Shown here piece by piece: positions 43,603 through 52,996 of a DNA stretch of 64,000 nucleotides. The stretch is from Acidimicrobiia bacterium (GTDB taxonomy: Bacteria > Actinomycetota > Acidimicrobiia > IMCC26256 > PALSA-555). The notes below the pieces were generated by a model. The model saw only the letters and a list, made by a program, of their open reading frames with translations. It was not told the origin of the DNA and did no database searches. How positions within the stretch are numbered: the first letter of the stretch is position 1; the number at the start of each line of letters is the position of its first letter. The position numbers and the translations under genes are program-made. Where the stretch lies: contig DATISY010000009.1 of NCBI GenBank assembly GCA_035468285.1, positions 1,134 to 65,133 of the forward strand, read 5' to 3'.

Positions 43603-44049
43603 TCAGCCGCCGGACGACGGCCCGGACTCGTGTGCCGTGACCGTGAACGCGACCGTCTGCCCGTAGGACAGCTCGAGGTTGTGCCCGTCCGGGTCCGCGA
43701 TGATCGCCCAGTACCCAACGGGTGGCCCGTCGTCGAGCGGGCCGAAGACCTCGTGACCCGCAGCGCGGGCCGCGGTGACGCGGGCGTCGACCTCGTCCCT
43801 GCTGGCGCAGCCGACGCCGAGGTGCGCGAACCCGCCGAGGTGGTGGCTCACCGCGGTCTCGATGAGCACCACGACGAATGGGCGCGTCAGATCACTGAGC
43901 CAGACGACGACGACACCGGTCTGGTCGTCGGTGCGCCGGTGGACGACCTGCATCTCGGCGAAACGCTCGTAGAAGGCGACGCTGCGCGCCGCGTCGGCGA
44001 TGGGCAGCGCGACATGGGTAAGGCCGAGATCGCGGCGGGATCCTGTCAC
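43603..44049 (-). CDS. VOC (glyoxalase/dioxygenase) family protein
   Basis: GTG 44049. 'LTHVALPIADAARSVAFYERFAEM...GFAHLGVGC...DPDGHNLELS'. Confidence 0.75.
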   Translation of the reverse strand: MTGSRRDLGLTHVALPIADAARSVAFYERFAEMQVVHRRTDDQTGVVVVWLSDLTRPFVVVLIETAVSHHLGGFAHLGVGCASRDEVDARVTAARAAGHEVFGPLDDGPPVGYWAIIADPDGHNLELSYGQTVAFTVTAHESGPSSGG

Positions 44050-44087
44050 GATGGGAGCGTACCGACACGAGGGCGACGGGAGAGCCG

Positions 44088-44555
44088 ATGAGCGGGAGCG
44101 TGCACCGCTACGTGACGACGTGCGTGTGGTCGGGGTCGACCGCGGCCGGATATGACCAGTACGACCGGGCGCACGTCGGGAGCGCCCCTCCGGCGCTACC
44201 GGCCATGGATCTCTCGGCAGACTCGGCGTTTCGCGGCGACGCGCGCCGCTGGAACCCGGAGGCGCTCCTGGTGCTGGCGGCGTCGTCGTGCCAGCTGCTC
44301 TCGTTCCTGGCGGTGGCGGCACGGGCACGCGTCGACGTGGTCGACTACCAGGACGACGCCGAAGGCGAGATGCCAGAGACGGTGACGCCGATGCGGATCA
44401 CCCGGATCGTGCTGCGACCCCGGATCACGGTCCGCGGGGACGTGGACACGGCACGCCTGGTGCATCTCGTCGGCGTCGCGCACCGGGAGTGCTTCATCGC
44501 GAACACCCTCCGGTCGCCCATCGTCGTCGAGCCGACGTTCGTCACGACGCCCTGA
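44088..44555 (+). CDS. OsmC-family peroxiredoxin-like protein
   Basis: 'WNPEALLVLAASSCQLLSFL' and 'AHRECFIANTL' carry the two conserved OsmC/Ohr Cys. Confidence 0.8.
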   Translation: MSGSVHRYVTTCVWSGSTAAGYDQYDRAHVGSAPPALPAMDLSADSAFRGDARRWNPEALLVLAASSCQLLSFLAVAARARVDVVDYQDDAEGEMPETVTPMRITRIVLRPRITVRGDVDTARLVHLVGVAHRECFIANTLRSPIVVEPTFVTTP

Positions 44556-44568
44556 CGGCGCGATCGAG

Positions 44569-46080
44569 CTAGGGCAGCACCCCGGGAACCCGGAGGGGCC
44601 GCACCGGGAGTTGGCGTCGAACCGACGTCAGACGCAGGGCGTCGAGCAGCGCGTCGCGCAGTTCGCTCGGCGCGACGATCTCGTCGTAGCTCATGGTGTC
44701 CGCCGCGGAGTACGCGCCCCCGAGCTCGGCGTGTTCGAGCACGGCGCGAGTGTCGTTGTCGACCCCGGCCGCGTCCGCGCTCCCGGCCGCGGGCATGGCA
44801 CCGAGCCGGGCCCCGGGGAGCGCGAGGGAGACGGTCTGGTCGTCGAAGGGGTTCATGGCCATCAGGGAGCTCCCGAACCCGTAGGCCTTGCGGAGCGTCA
44901 CGTGCAGCTTCGGCGCGGTGATCCGGGCCTGCGCGGCGAACATGCGGGCGGCGTGACGGAGGATCCCGGACCGCTCGGAGGTGCTCCCCGCGAGCACCCC
45001 GGGGTTGTCGGCGAGGAAGACGACCGGGAGGTGGAAGGCCGCCGCCACGCCGAGGAAGTGCGCGGCCTTGTCCGCGCCGTCGACGTCGATCGACCCCGCC
45101 TTCACCGCGGGCTGGTTCGCGACGATCGCGACTGGCGCGCCGCCCAGCCGGGCGAGGCTCGTGACGATGGTCCGACCGTACGCGGGCTCGATCTCGAGGC
45201 CGGAGCCGTGGTCGACGAGCGCGTCGATGACCTGGCGGATCTCGTACGCACGGCGGGGGTCGGCCGGGATCAGGTCGACGAGCTCGGGTACCGGCCGGGC
45301 ACCGTCGGTTGGGGCAACCGCCGGCGGGTGGGTCCATGCGTTCGACGGGAAGTAGGAGAGGTAGCGGCGGACGAGGTCGAGGGCGTCGGCGTCGGTGGGG
45401 GCCGCGTTGTGGGCCACGCCGCTGACGGTTGTGTGCACCGCGGTGCCGCCCAGCGCATCTTTGGTGACCTCTTCGCCGACGGAGGTGCGGACGAGTGGCG
45501 GCCCGGCGGAGAACAGCGCCGCCCCTTCGACCATGACCACGAGATCCATCAGTGGCGCGGTGAGGGCGCCGTGACCGGCGGAGGAGCCCAGCACGACGCA
45601 CACCATGGGGACCAGGCCGCTCAACCGGGCGAGGCTCTGCAGGTCGTTCGGGGACCGGCCCCGCCGCTCGAAGGCGTTCTGGGTGCGCTCCCCCGCTCCC
45701 TCGAGCAGCATGACGAGCGGCACCCGTTCGCGGCGGGCCAGATCGGCGAGTCGTTGTCGTTTGGCGCCGGTCCCGTGGCCGATCGAGCCACCCATGACGG
45801 TGAAGTCCTCGGCGCCGGCGAGGACCGGGCGGCCGTCGACGAGGCCGTGCCCCGCGACGAGCCCGTCCGCGGGGGCGGGCGGGGTCACGCCGCGGTGGAC
45901 CGCACCCACGAGGGTGCCGAGCTCGACGAACGTCCCCGGATCGAAGAGTCGGGCGATGCGGGCGCGCGCGTCGAGACGGCCCGGGGTGCGGTGGCGCGCC
46001 AGGCGCTCCTCGCCGCCCATCGCCCGGGCGGCGTCCTGGCGGGCCGCGAAGTCGTCGAGGAGGGGCTGCCAGTCGTTCAC
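44569..46080 (-). CDS. Acyl-CoA carboxylase carboxyltransferase (beta) subunit
   Basis: GTG 46080 overlapping the upstream stop (GTGA). 'AEDFTVMGGSIGHGTGAK', 'GSSAGHGAL', second domain 'PVVFLADNPGVL...RKAYGFG'. Confidence 0.9.
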   Translation of the reverse strand: MNDWQPLLDDFAARQDAARAMGGEERLARHRTPGRLDARARIARLFDPGTFVELGTLVGAVHRGVTPPAPADGLVAGHGLVDGRPVLAGAEDFTVMGGSIGHGTGAKRQRLADLARRERVPLVMLLEGAGERTQNAFERRGRSPNDLQSLARLSGLVPMVCVVLGSSAGHGALTAPLMDLVVMVEGAALFSAGPPLVRTSVGEEVTKDALGGTAVHTTVSGVAHNAAPTDADALDLVRRYLSYFPSNAWTHPPAVAPTDGARPVPELVDLIPADPRRAYEIRQVIDALVDHGSGLEIEPAYGRTIVTSLARLGGAPVAIVANQPAVKAGSIDVDGADKAAHFLGVAAAFHLPVVFLADNPGVLAGSTSERSGILRHAARMFAAQARITAPKLHVTLRKAYGFGSSLMAMNPFDDQTVSLALPGARLGAMPAAGSADAAGVDNDTRAVLEHAELGGAYSAADTMSYDEIVAPSELRDALLDALRLTSVRRQLPVRPLRVPGVLP

Positions 46081-46994
46081 GCGGACACGACCGCGTCGGC
46101 GTGCTGGTCGGGGGTCCCGAAGACAGTGTCGAGCACCCAGGCCCGCTTCAGGTACAGGTGGACGTCCACGTCCCAGGTGAAGCCCATCCCCCCGTGGACC
46201 TGCAGCGACCCTTTCGCGTTCAGGCGCGCCGCGTCCCCAGCCATGACCTTGGCGCTGCTCACCGCACGGGCGGGGTCGCCGACCGTGGGGTCCTCGACGG
46301 TGCATGCCGCGGCGTCGACCGCGGCGCGGGCCACCTCGGCGCGCACGGCCATGTCGGCCAGAAGGTGCTTCACCGCTTGGAAGGAACCGATGGGTCGGGC
46401 GAACTGGTGCCGTTCCAGCGCGTACGCGCCGGCGCGGTCGACGCAGGCTTGCGCCATCCCGACCTGATACGCCGCGGTGAGCAGCGCGCCGCTCTGCCGC
46501 CACGCTGCGGCGAGGTCCGCGTCACCAATCCGGGGGCCGTCGGGGACCACCGTGGCGCGGCTCACGGGGGTGAGCGGGTCGAGTGGCCAGTCGAGCGGGG
46601 TGAGCGGCTCGAGCACCTCGCGGGCGACGACGATGATCCCGTCGTCGTCGAGCACGGCCAGGTGGTCGATCACGTCGGGGTGCTCGACGAGGATCGGGCC
46701 GTCCCCCGCCGGCCGTTCGAGCCCACCCACGATGCCGTCGACTTGACCGTGCGCAAGGTGGGACCAGGTGAGGGGGCCGGGGACGAGCGCCCGGCCGAGC
46801 TCCTGGAAGGCGATCGCGACGTCGGGCCAACCGAACCCGTCGGCCCGCAGGGAGAACAGGCCGGCGTCGGCGAGCTCGGCGAAGAGGCTGCGGTCGAAGC
46901 CCTTTCGGATCCGGGGCAGGTCGAACCGGCCTTCGCAGAGCCGGCGGACGCCGTCGCGCAGGGCGACCTGGTCGTCGGAGAGGTCGAAGTTCAC
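46077..46994 (-). CDS. Acyl-CoA dehydrogenase, short 'TWEHD'-type subunit of a probable alpha/beta pair
   Basis: 305 aa. 'MNFDLSDDQVALRDGVRRLCE', 'FARPIGSFQAVKHLLADM', 'VHGGMGFTWDVDVHLYLKR'. Lies 46 nt downstream of the partner gene. Confidence 0.8.
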   Translation of the reverse strand: MNFDLSDDQVALRDGVRRLCEGRFDLPRIRKGFDRSLFAELADAGLFSLRADGFGWPDVAIAFQELGRALVPGPLTWSHLAHGQVDGIVGGLERPAGDGPILVEHPDVIDHLAVLDDDGIIVVAREVLEPLTPLDWPLDPLTPVSRATVVPDGPRIGDADLAAAWRQSGALLTAAYQVGMAQACVDRAGAYALERHQFARPIGSFQAVKHLLADMAVRAEVARAAVDAAACTVEDPTVGDPARAVSSAKVMAGDAARLNAKGSLQVHGGMGFTWDVDVHLYLKRAWVLDTVFGTPDQHADAVVSA

Positions 46995-47040
46995 CGTGCG
47001 GCCGTCGAGCGGGTCGTCCGGGTCGGCTGCGGCGGGTCCT

Positions 47041-48180
47041 TTACGTCCACGCCTTCTCCTTGGGGAGCCCGAGCAGCCGCTCGCCGATGATGTTGCGCTG
47101 GATCTGGGAGGTGCCCGCCGCGATGGGGATGGAGAGGGTGCGGAGCCGTTCTTCGACGCGGTAATCGTGGACGTCGAACGCGCCGCGCCCGAGGACGCGC
47201 ATCGTGAGCTCGCCCAGCCGGTCGCGAGCTTCGCTGTACGCGAGCTTGAACATGAGCGCGCCTGGGCCCGGGGTGCCGTGCCCGGCCTGGGTGACGTTGC
47301 GTTGCGTCAGCGCCCACAGCGCGTCGAGCGCGGCGAGGACGTGGCCGAGCTCGCGTCGTTCGGCCGGGTCGACCACGATCGGTCGGAGCTCGTCGGCCAG
47401 GCGGCGGGCGTCGACCATCTCGCTCACGAAGGCGGTGCCCCGCTCGAAGGACAGCGTGACGTTCGTGACGCGCCAGCCGTCGTTCTCGACCCCGACGCGG
47501 TTCGCGACCGGGACGCGCACCTCGTCGAGGAACACCTCACAGAACTCCGATGACCCGAGGAGGGTCTCGATGGGCCGAACGTCGATCCCGGGGAGGTCCA
47601 TCGGGAGGATCAGCCAGGAGATGCCCCGGTGCTTCGTCGCGTCGGGGTCGGTGCGGACCAGCAGCTCCCCGAACTCGCCGACCTGGCCGAACGAGCACCA
47701 GATCTTCTGGCCGGTCACCACGTAGTGGTCGCCGTCGCGTACGGCACGGGTGCGGAGCCCGGCGAGGTCGGAGCCGGCCTCGGGCTCGGAGAAGCACTGG
47801 CACCAGACCTCGTCGCCGCGCAGGATCCGGGGGAGGTGCTCGGCCTTCTGGGTCTCGCTGCCCTCGGCGATCAAGGTCGGCCCGGCGTGGAGGTTCCCGA
47901 CGAAGTTGACGCCCACGTAGGGCGCCTGGGCGCGGGTCGTTTCCTCCAAGAAGATCAGCTGCTCCGTCGGGGACGCGTCTCGCCCCCCGAAGGCCCGAGG
48001 CCAGCTCATCCCGGCGTACCCGGCGTCGAAGAGGCGGCGTTGCCAGTCGGTGTCGTAGCGGACGCGGGCTGGCCAGTCGTCCCGGGTGGGTGGGGACGGG
48101 AGTCGCGGCAGCTCGGCGCGCAGCCAGGCGTGCAGCTCGGCGCGGAACGCCTCGTCGGCCTCCGAGAGTCGCAGGTCCAT
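47041..48180 (-). CDS. Acyl-CoA dehydrogenase, 'IQRNI'-type subunit
   Basis: 'WCQCFSEPEAGSDLAGL', 'VTGQKIWCS'. C-terminus 'AAGTSQIQRNIIGERLLGLPKE'. Confidence 0.9.
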   Translation of the reverse strand: MDLRLSEADEAFRAELHAWLRAELPRLPSPPTRDDWPARVRYDTDWQRRLFDAGYAGMSWPRAFGGRDASPTEQLIFLEETTRAQAPYVGVNFVGNLHAGPTLIAEGSETQKAEHLPRILRGDEVWCQCFSEPEAGSDLAGLRTRAVRDGDHYVVTGQKIWCSFGQVGEFGELLVRTDPDATKHRGISWLILPMDLPGIDVRPIETLLGSSEFCEVFLDEVRVPVANRVGVENDGWRVTNVTLSFERGTAFVSEMVDARRLADELRPIVVDPAERRELGHVLAALDALWALTQRNVTQAGHGTPGPGALMFKLAYSEARDRLGELTMRVLGRGAFDVHDYRVEERLRTLSIPIAAGTSQIQRNIIGERLLGLPKEKAWT

Positions 48181-48250
48181 CGGCGCGGGAGCGTACGCCC
48201 GGTCCTGACGGAGCGTCAGATCGGCCCGACGGGCCCGGGTGCGCGGTCGC

Positions 48251-49729
48251 TTAGCAGTGCGTCCCGGGTGTCGGCGGGTGGAGGGCGATGAGGTACCGGT
48301 TGATCACGGTGTCGACGCAGGTGTTGCCGGACGCGTACGCGGTGTGCTGGGCGCTGTTGACCGTGACCAGCACTGCGGACTGGAGCTCGTGGGACAGACC
48401 CGTCGCCCAGGCCAGCGGTGTGGCCGGGTCGTCGGTGTTGCCGACCACGACGATGGGCGGTGCCCCGACGGCGTGCGGCACCGGCGGGGTCTGCGTGGGG
48501 ATGGGCCAGAGGGCGCACGCGAGGCTGTTGTTGATCACCGAGCGGCCGACCCGGGGCGCGACCTGAGCCGCTTGCTCCTCGATGGCGCGCAGGCCAGCCA
48601 CGCCACCCACGTCGGGGCCGTCCAGACACCCGATGGCGAGGAACGCGTCCTGGGACGCGTCGTACGTCCCGTTGGGTTGGCGCCCCGTGTAGGCGTCGGA
48701 CTGCTTCAGCAGCTCGGTGCCGTCCCCGGCCGCGGCCGCGGCGAGGGCGTGCCCGAGGTCGGGCCATGCCTGGCGGCCGGAGTAGAGGAGCTGGGTGACC
48801 CCGATGTCGAACTCGGTCCCGTTCAACGTTCGGCCCTTGCCGGCACCGTCCGCAGGGATCGGGGTGGCTCCGACGCGCGCCCTGAGCGCGTCGTACGCCG
48901 CGGGGGTGGTGCCGTTCTGACGGAACGAGCACGTGGTGTCCGTCGCGCAGGACTGCAGGAACTGGTCGAGGTCGTGCTCGAAACCCACGGCTTGTTGCAC
49001 CTGCTGCGCCGACGCGCTCAGTGCGGGGTCGACGGCACCGTCGAGCACCATCGCGCGGATGTGCGTCGGGAACCGGTCGGCGTACAAGGACCCGAGATAG
49101 GTGCCGTACGAGAAGCCGAGGTACGTGAGGCGCGCTTCGCCGAGCGCGGCCCGGACTCGATCCATGTCGCGGGCAGCGCGCTCCGTCGAGAGATAGGGCA
49201 GCTCGGCGCCGGCCTTCGCCTGGCACTGGGCGACGAAGGCTCGCACACCGGCGAGGAGCTCCTGGCGCGCGGCGTCGTCGCGGGGGGCGAACTCGAGGTT
49301 GTAGAGCGGATCGAGGTTCGGGGTGCACTCGACCGCGGCGCTCCCGCCCGTCCCGCGGGGGTCGAACGTCACGAGATCGAACCGGTCGCGGATGCTCCCC
49401 GGGAGGGTGGACGAGAAGTCCCGCAGGAACGGGATGCCGGGGGCGCCGGGGCCGCCGGGGTTCATGACGAGGGAGCCGATGCGCTGCTGAGGGTTCCGGG
49501 CCGGCACCCGTCCGAGGGCCAGGGTGATCGTCGGGCCGCCGGTCGTGGTGTCGTCGAGGGGGACCTTGAGGTGCGAGCACTGGACGCCACCGCCGCACGC
49601 GTTCCAGCGCAAGGTGGAATGGGGGGCAGACGACGTGGCCGACGCGGGCGACGCGACGGTCGGGGCGACACTGACGAGGAGCGCGACGGCGATCAGGGCG
49701 GCGACCGCGCGCCGGGGAGGGAAGGGCAC
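48251..49729 (-). CDS. Secreted alpha/beta-hydrolase, S33 tripeptidyl-aminopeptidase-like
   Basis: Signal peptide 'AVAALIAVALLVSVAPTVASPASA'. 'NPGGPGAPG' oxyanion region. Nucleophile 'YLGFSYGTYLG'. C-terminal conserved Cys pairs. Confidence 0.8.
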   Translation of the reverse strand: MPFPPRRAVAALIAVALLVSVAPTVASPASATSSAPHSTLRWNACGGGVQCSHLKVPLDDTTTGGPTITLALGRVPARNPQQRIGSLVMNPGGPGAPGIPFLRDFSSTLPGSIRDRFDLVTFDPRGTGGSAAVECTPNLDPLYNLEFAPRDDAARQELLAGVRAFVAQCQAKAGAELPYLSTERAARDMDRVRAALGEARLTYLGFSYGTYLGSLYADRFPTHIRAMVLDGAVDPALSASAQQVQQAVGFEHDLDQFLQSCATDTTCSFRQNGTTPAAYDALRARVGATPIPADGAGKGRTLNGTEFDIGVTQLLYSGRQAWPDLGHALAAAAAGDGTELLKQSDAYTGRQPNGTYDASQDAFLAIGCLDGPDVGGVAGLRAIEEQAAQVAPRVGRSVINNSLACALWPIPTQTPPVPHAVGAPPIVVVGNTDDPATPLAWATGLSHELQSAVLVTVNSAQHTAYASGNTCVDTVINRYLIALHPPTPGTHC

Positions 49730-49753
49730 CGGGGGGAGCGTAGGCGTCGCCGG

Positions 49754-50662
49754 CTACCGGAACGCCGCGGCGATCTCCGCGAGGAACGGCGCGATGGCCG
49801 CGCGGTCTCGCAGGAACCGGCCGAGCGCGAGGGAGATGAGGGTGACGCCCGCCTCGGCGAGCCGCGGGACGGGCTCGAGGGTGCGGGTCAGGTCGAGCCC
49901 ACCGTCGTCGCGGGTCACGACCGCGACGCCGGCACGGACACCGAGGTCTGCCGGATCGCGCCCCGCGGCTCGATACGCGGCGCGGATCTTCTCGATCCCG
50001 AGGATCAGATCATCGATGGGCATGACGCCGACCGGCAGCCAGCCGTCACCGAGCGCGGCGACGCGCGTCGCGGTGGCGTCGGTCGGTCCTCCGCCGAACC
50101 AGATGGGCACGCCGCCGGTCTGGTGGGGGCGAGGCTCACACCAGAGGTCGCGGAACGACACGGTCGGCGACCTGAAGGACACCGGCGGGGGTTCGGACCA
50201 CAGCGCCTGGCAGGCCCGGACGGTGTCGTCGAGACGGGCGGTGCGACCGAGGAACGGCTGGCCGGGGTCGGTGAACTCCTCGGGCTGCCATCCGGTTCCA
50301 ACGCCGAGGTCGAGTCGCCCACCGCTCAGCACGTCGAGGGTCGCGGCGGTCTTAGCGAGGACGAGCGCGGGACGGAGCGACGCGATGAGCACCCCGGTGC
50401 CGAGGCGGACCCGCTCGGTGGCACCCGCGATCGCGGCGAGCGTCGTGAGCGGCTCGAGCCACGGCTCGGACGGCGGGTACGGGAACGTGCCGAACGGGTA
50501 GCGGTCGGTCCGCGGGCCGATCGCGAGGTGGTCGGGCAGGACCAGCTGATGGATCCCGACCTCGTCGGCGGTGCGGGCCACGTCGACGACCGCGGCGAGG
50601 TCCTCGCCAAACAGGCGCGACAACCCCGAGATGGTGATCGACACCCCCGGAGCGGCGGTCAT
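49754..50662 (-). CDS. LLM-class F420-dependent oxidoreductase
   Basis: ATG 50662 (MTAAPGVS). 'DVLSGGRLDLGVGTGW', 'GDGWLP'. Confidence 0.85.
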   Translation of the reverse strand: MTAAPGVSITISGLSRLFGEDLAAVVDVARTADEVGIHQLVLPDHLAIGPRTDRYPFGTFPYPPSEPWLEPLTTLAAIAGATERVRLGTGVLIASLRPALVLAKTAATLDVLSGGRLDLGVGTGWQPEEFTDPGQPFLGRTARLDDTVRACQALWSEPPPVSFRSPTVSFRDLWCEPRPHQTGGVPIWFGGGPTDATATRVAALGDGWLPVGVMPIDDLILGIEKIRAAYRAAGRDPADLGVRAGVAVVTRDDGGLDLTRTLEPVPRLAEAGVTLISLALGRFLRDRAAIAPFLAEIAAAFR

Positions 50663-50766
50663 GACGAGCCCGCTCCAACGGGCGGGTGAGCCCCGCGTCC
50701 CGCGGACGCTCGACGTCCACGCGAAGAGAGATGGCCGGGGCGGCGCACGCGGGGCAGCATACGGGG

Positions 50767-51552
50767 ATGCCGACATCGGACCGCCTGCCCGGGAAGGTCG
50801 CGCTCATCACGGGTGCGGGAAATGGCATGGGGCGAGCCGCGGCGCTGCTGTTCGCGTCGGAGGGCGCACGCGTCGTCGTCGCAGACGCCGTCGAGGCGGG
50901 CGGCGCGCTGACGGTCGAGTCCATCCGCGACGCGGGTGGTGACGCCATCTTCGTGCACGTCGACGTCTCCGACGCGGGTCAGGTGGCCGCGATGGTCGAC
51001 ACCGCGATGCGCCGCTACGGGACGCTCGACGTCCTGTACAACAACGCCGGGATCCTCCCGCCGGACGACGCTGGGCTCGCCGAGACACCCGAGGCGACCT
51101 GGGACCGGGTGATGGAGGTGAACCTCAAGGGCGTCTGGCTCGGGTGCCGCTTCGGCGCGCCGGCGATGGTCGACTCGGGCGGCGGTTCGATCGTGAACGT
51201 CTCGTCGCTCGTGGCGCTCATGGGATCCGCCACGCCGCAGATCGCGTACACCGCGAGCAAAGGCGGTGTGCTCGCACTGACCCGCGAGGTCGCGATCGAG
51301 TACGCCAAGCAGGGAATTCGCGCCAACGCGTTGTGTCCGGGACCGATCGAGACACCGCTGCTCGCCGAGCTGCTCGGCGATCCCGACTGGGCCCGGCGAC
51401 GGCTGGTGCACATCCCGATGGGCCGACCCGGGCGCGCCGAGGAGGTGGCGCGGGCCGCGCTGTTCCTCGCCTCGGACGACTCGTCGTTCATGACTGGAAC
51501 GTCCCTCGTCGTCGACGGTGGCATCAGCGCCGCGTACGTGACCCCGGAGTGA
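50767..51552 (+). CDS. SDR family oxidoreductase
   Basis: ATG 50767. 'VALITGAGNGMGRA', 'NNAGI', 'YTASKGGVLAL', 'GRPGRAEEVARAALFLASD'. Confidence 0.9.
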   Translation: MPTSDRLPGKVALITGAGNGMGRAAALLFASEGARVVVADAVEAGGALTVESIRDAGGDAIFVHVDVSDAGQVAAMVDTAMRRYGTLDVLYNNAGILPPDDAGLAETPEATWDRVMEVNLKGVWLGCRFGAPAMVDSGGGSIVNVSSLVALMGSATPQIAYTASKGGVLALTREVAIEYAKQGIRANALCPGPIETPLLAELLGDPDWARRRLVHIPMGRPGRAEEVARAALFLASDDSSFMTGTSLVVDGGISAAYVTPE

Positions 51553-51591
51553 CGGCGGTGGCGATGTTCCGCCTGACGGGGGCATGAGAGG

Positions 51592-52995
51592 ATGAGCGCC
51601 CAGCCGGGAGGACCACCGATGGACACAGGCCGACTCGACGGCGCGACGCTGGAGCGTCGCATCGCCGAGGGTGACGTGGACACGGTGATCGTCGCGTTCA
51701 CGGACCTCCAGGGCCGTCTGGTCGGCAAGCGCGTGACCGGCCACTTCTTCGCCGACCACGTGCTGCAGGAGGGGATCGAGGTCTGCAACTACCTCCTCGC
51801 GGTCGACGTCGACATGACGCCCCTCCCGGGTTACGACTTCGCGAACTGGGATCAGGGATACGGCGACGTCCTCTGCCGGCCCGACCTCGCGACACTGCGC
51901 ACGGTGCCGTGGCTGGAGCGGACCGCCCTGGTCCTCTGCGACGTCGTCGACACCGAGACGGGTGAGCCCGTGGACGTGTCGCCTCGTCAGATGCTTCGCC
52001 GCCAGGTCGACCGGGCGGCCGCGCTTGGGTACCAGGTGCACTGCGGTTCCGAGCTCGAGTTCTACCTGTTCGAGGACTCTTACGCGCAGGCCCGGGCGAA
52101 AGGATTCGCCGGCCTCACGTACCACGCGGGGTACGTGCAGGACTACCACGTGCTGCAGACGACCCGCGACGAGTATGTGATCCGAGCGATCCGGAACGGG
52201 ATGGACGCGGCCGGAGTCCCGGTGGAGTTCTCGAAGGGCGAAGCCGGTCCGGGCCAACACGAGATCAACCTGCGGTACGCCGACGCGCTCGAGATGGCTG
52301 ACCGTCACGTCATCTACAAGAACGGGGCGAAGGAGATCGCCGGGCAGCACGGACGGTCGCTCACGTTCATGGCGAAGTACGCCATGGACCAGTGCGGGTC
52401 GTCGTGCCATATCCATTCGAGCCTGGCGGCCGCGGATGGGGGCGCCCCCCTGTTCTGGAGCGAGGAGGAGCCGGACCGCTGGTCGCCCCTGTTTCGCGGC
52501 TGGCTCGGCGGCCTGGTGCGTCACACCCGCGAGCTGACGTGGCTGTTCGCGCCGACGGTCAACTCCTACAAGCGGTACCAGCTCGAGTCGTGGGCGCCCA
52601 CGGCGCTGGCCTGGGGCTCGGATAACCGGACCTGCGGGTTCCGCGTCGTCGGCCGCGCCCCCGCCAGCCTGCGGGTCGAGACCCGCGTCCCGGGCGCCGA
52701 CTGCAACCCGTACCTCGCGTTCGCGGCGACGATCGCGGCCGGGCTTCACGGCATCGAGCACCACGAAGACCCCGGCGCCCGCTTCGACGGCAACGCCTAC
52801 GACAACGACCTCGTCGAACGGATCCCGACCAACATCGTCGACGCGATCACCGAGCTCGAGGACAGCAAGCTCGTCCTCGAAGCGTTCGGTCCCGCGGTCC
52901 ATCAGCACCTCGTGAACACCGCCCGGCAGGAGTGGGCCGCGTTCGGCGCCGTTGTCACCGATTGGGAGCGGCGCCGCTGCTTCGAGCAGTTCTGA
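51592..52995 (+). CDS. Glutamine synthetase family protein (gamma-glutamyl-amine ligase type, GlnA2-4-like)
   Basis: GS beta-grasp 'VIVAFTDLQGRLVGKRV'. Catalytic 'GSELEFYLF', 'KGEAGPGQHEIN', 'CHIHSSL', 'NSYKR', 'RVETRVPGADCNPYL'. Confidence 0.9.
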   Translation: MSAQPGGPPMDTGRLDGATLERRIAEGDVDTVIVAFTDLQGRLVGKRVTGHFFADHVLQEGIEVCNYLLAVDVDMTPLPGYDFANWDQGYGDVLCRPDLATLRTVPWLERTALVLCDVVDTETGEPVDVSPRQMLRRQVDRAAALGYQVHCGSELEFYLFEDSYAQARAKGFAGLTYHAGYVQDYHVLQTTRDEYVIRAIRNGMDAAGVPVEFSKGEAGPGQHEINLRYADALEMADRHVIYKNGAKEIAGQHGRSLTFMAKYAMDQCGSSCHIHSSLAAADGGAPLFWSEEEPDRWSPLFRGWLGGLVRHTRELTWLFAPTVNSYKRYQLESWAPTALAWGSDNRTCGFRVVGRAPASLRVETRVPGADCNPYLAFAATIAAGLHGIEHHEDPGARFDGNAYDNDLVERIPTNIVDAITELEDSKLVLEAFGPAVHQHLVNTARQEWAAFGAVVTDWERRRCFEQF

Positions 52996-52996
52996 C

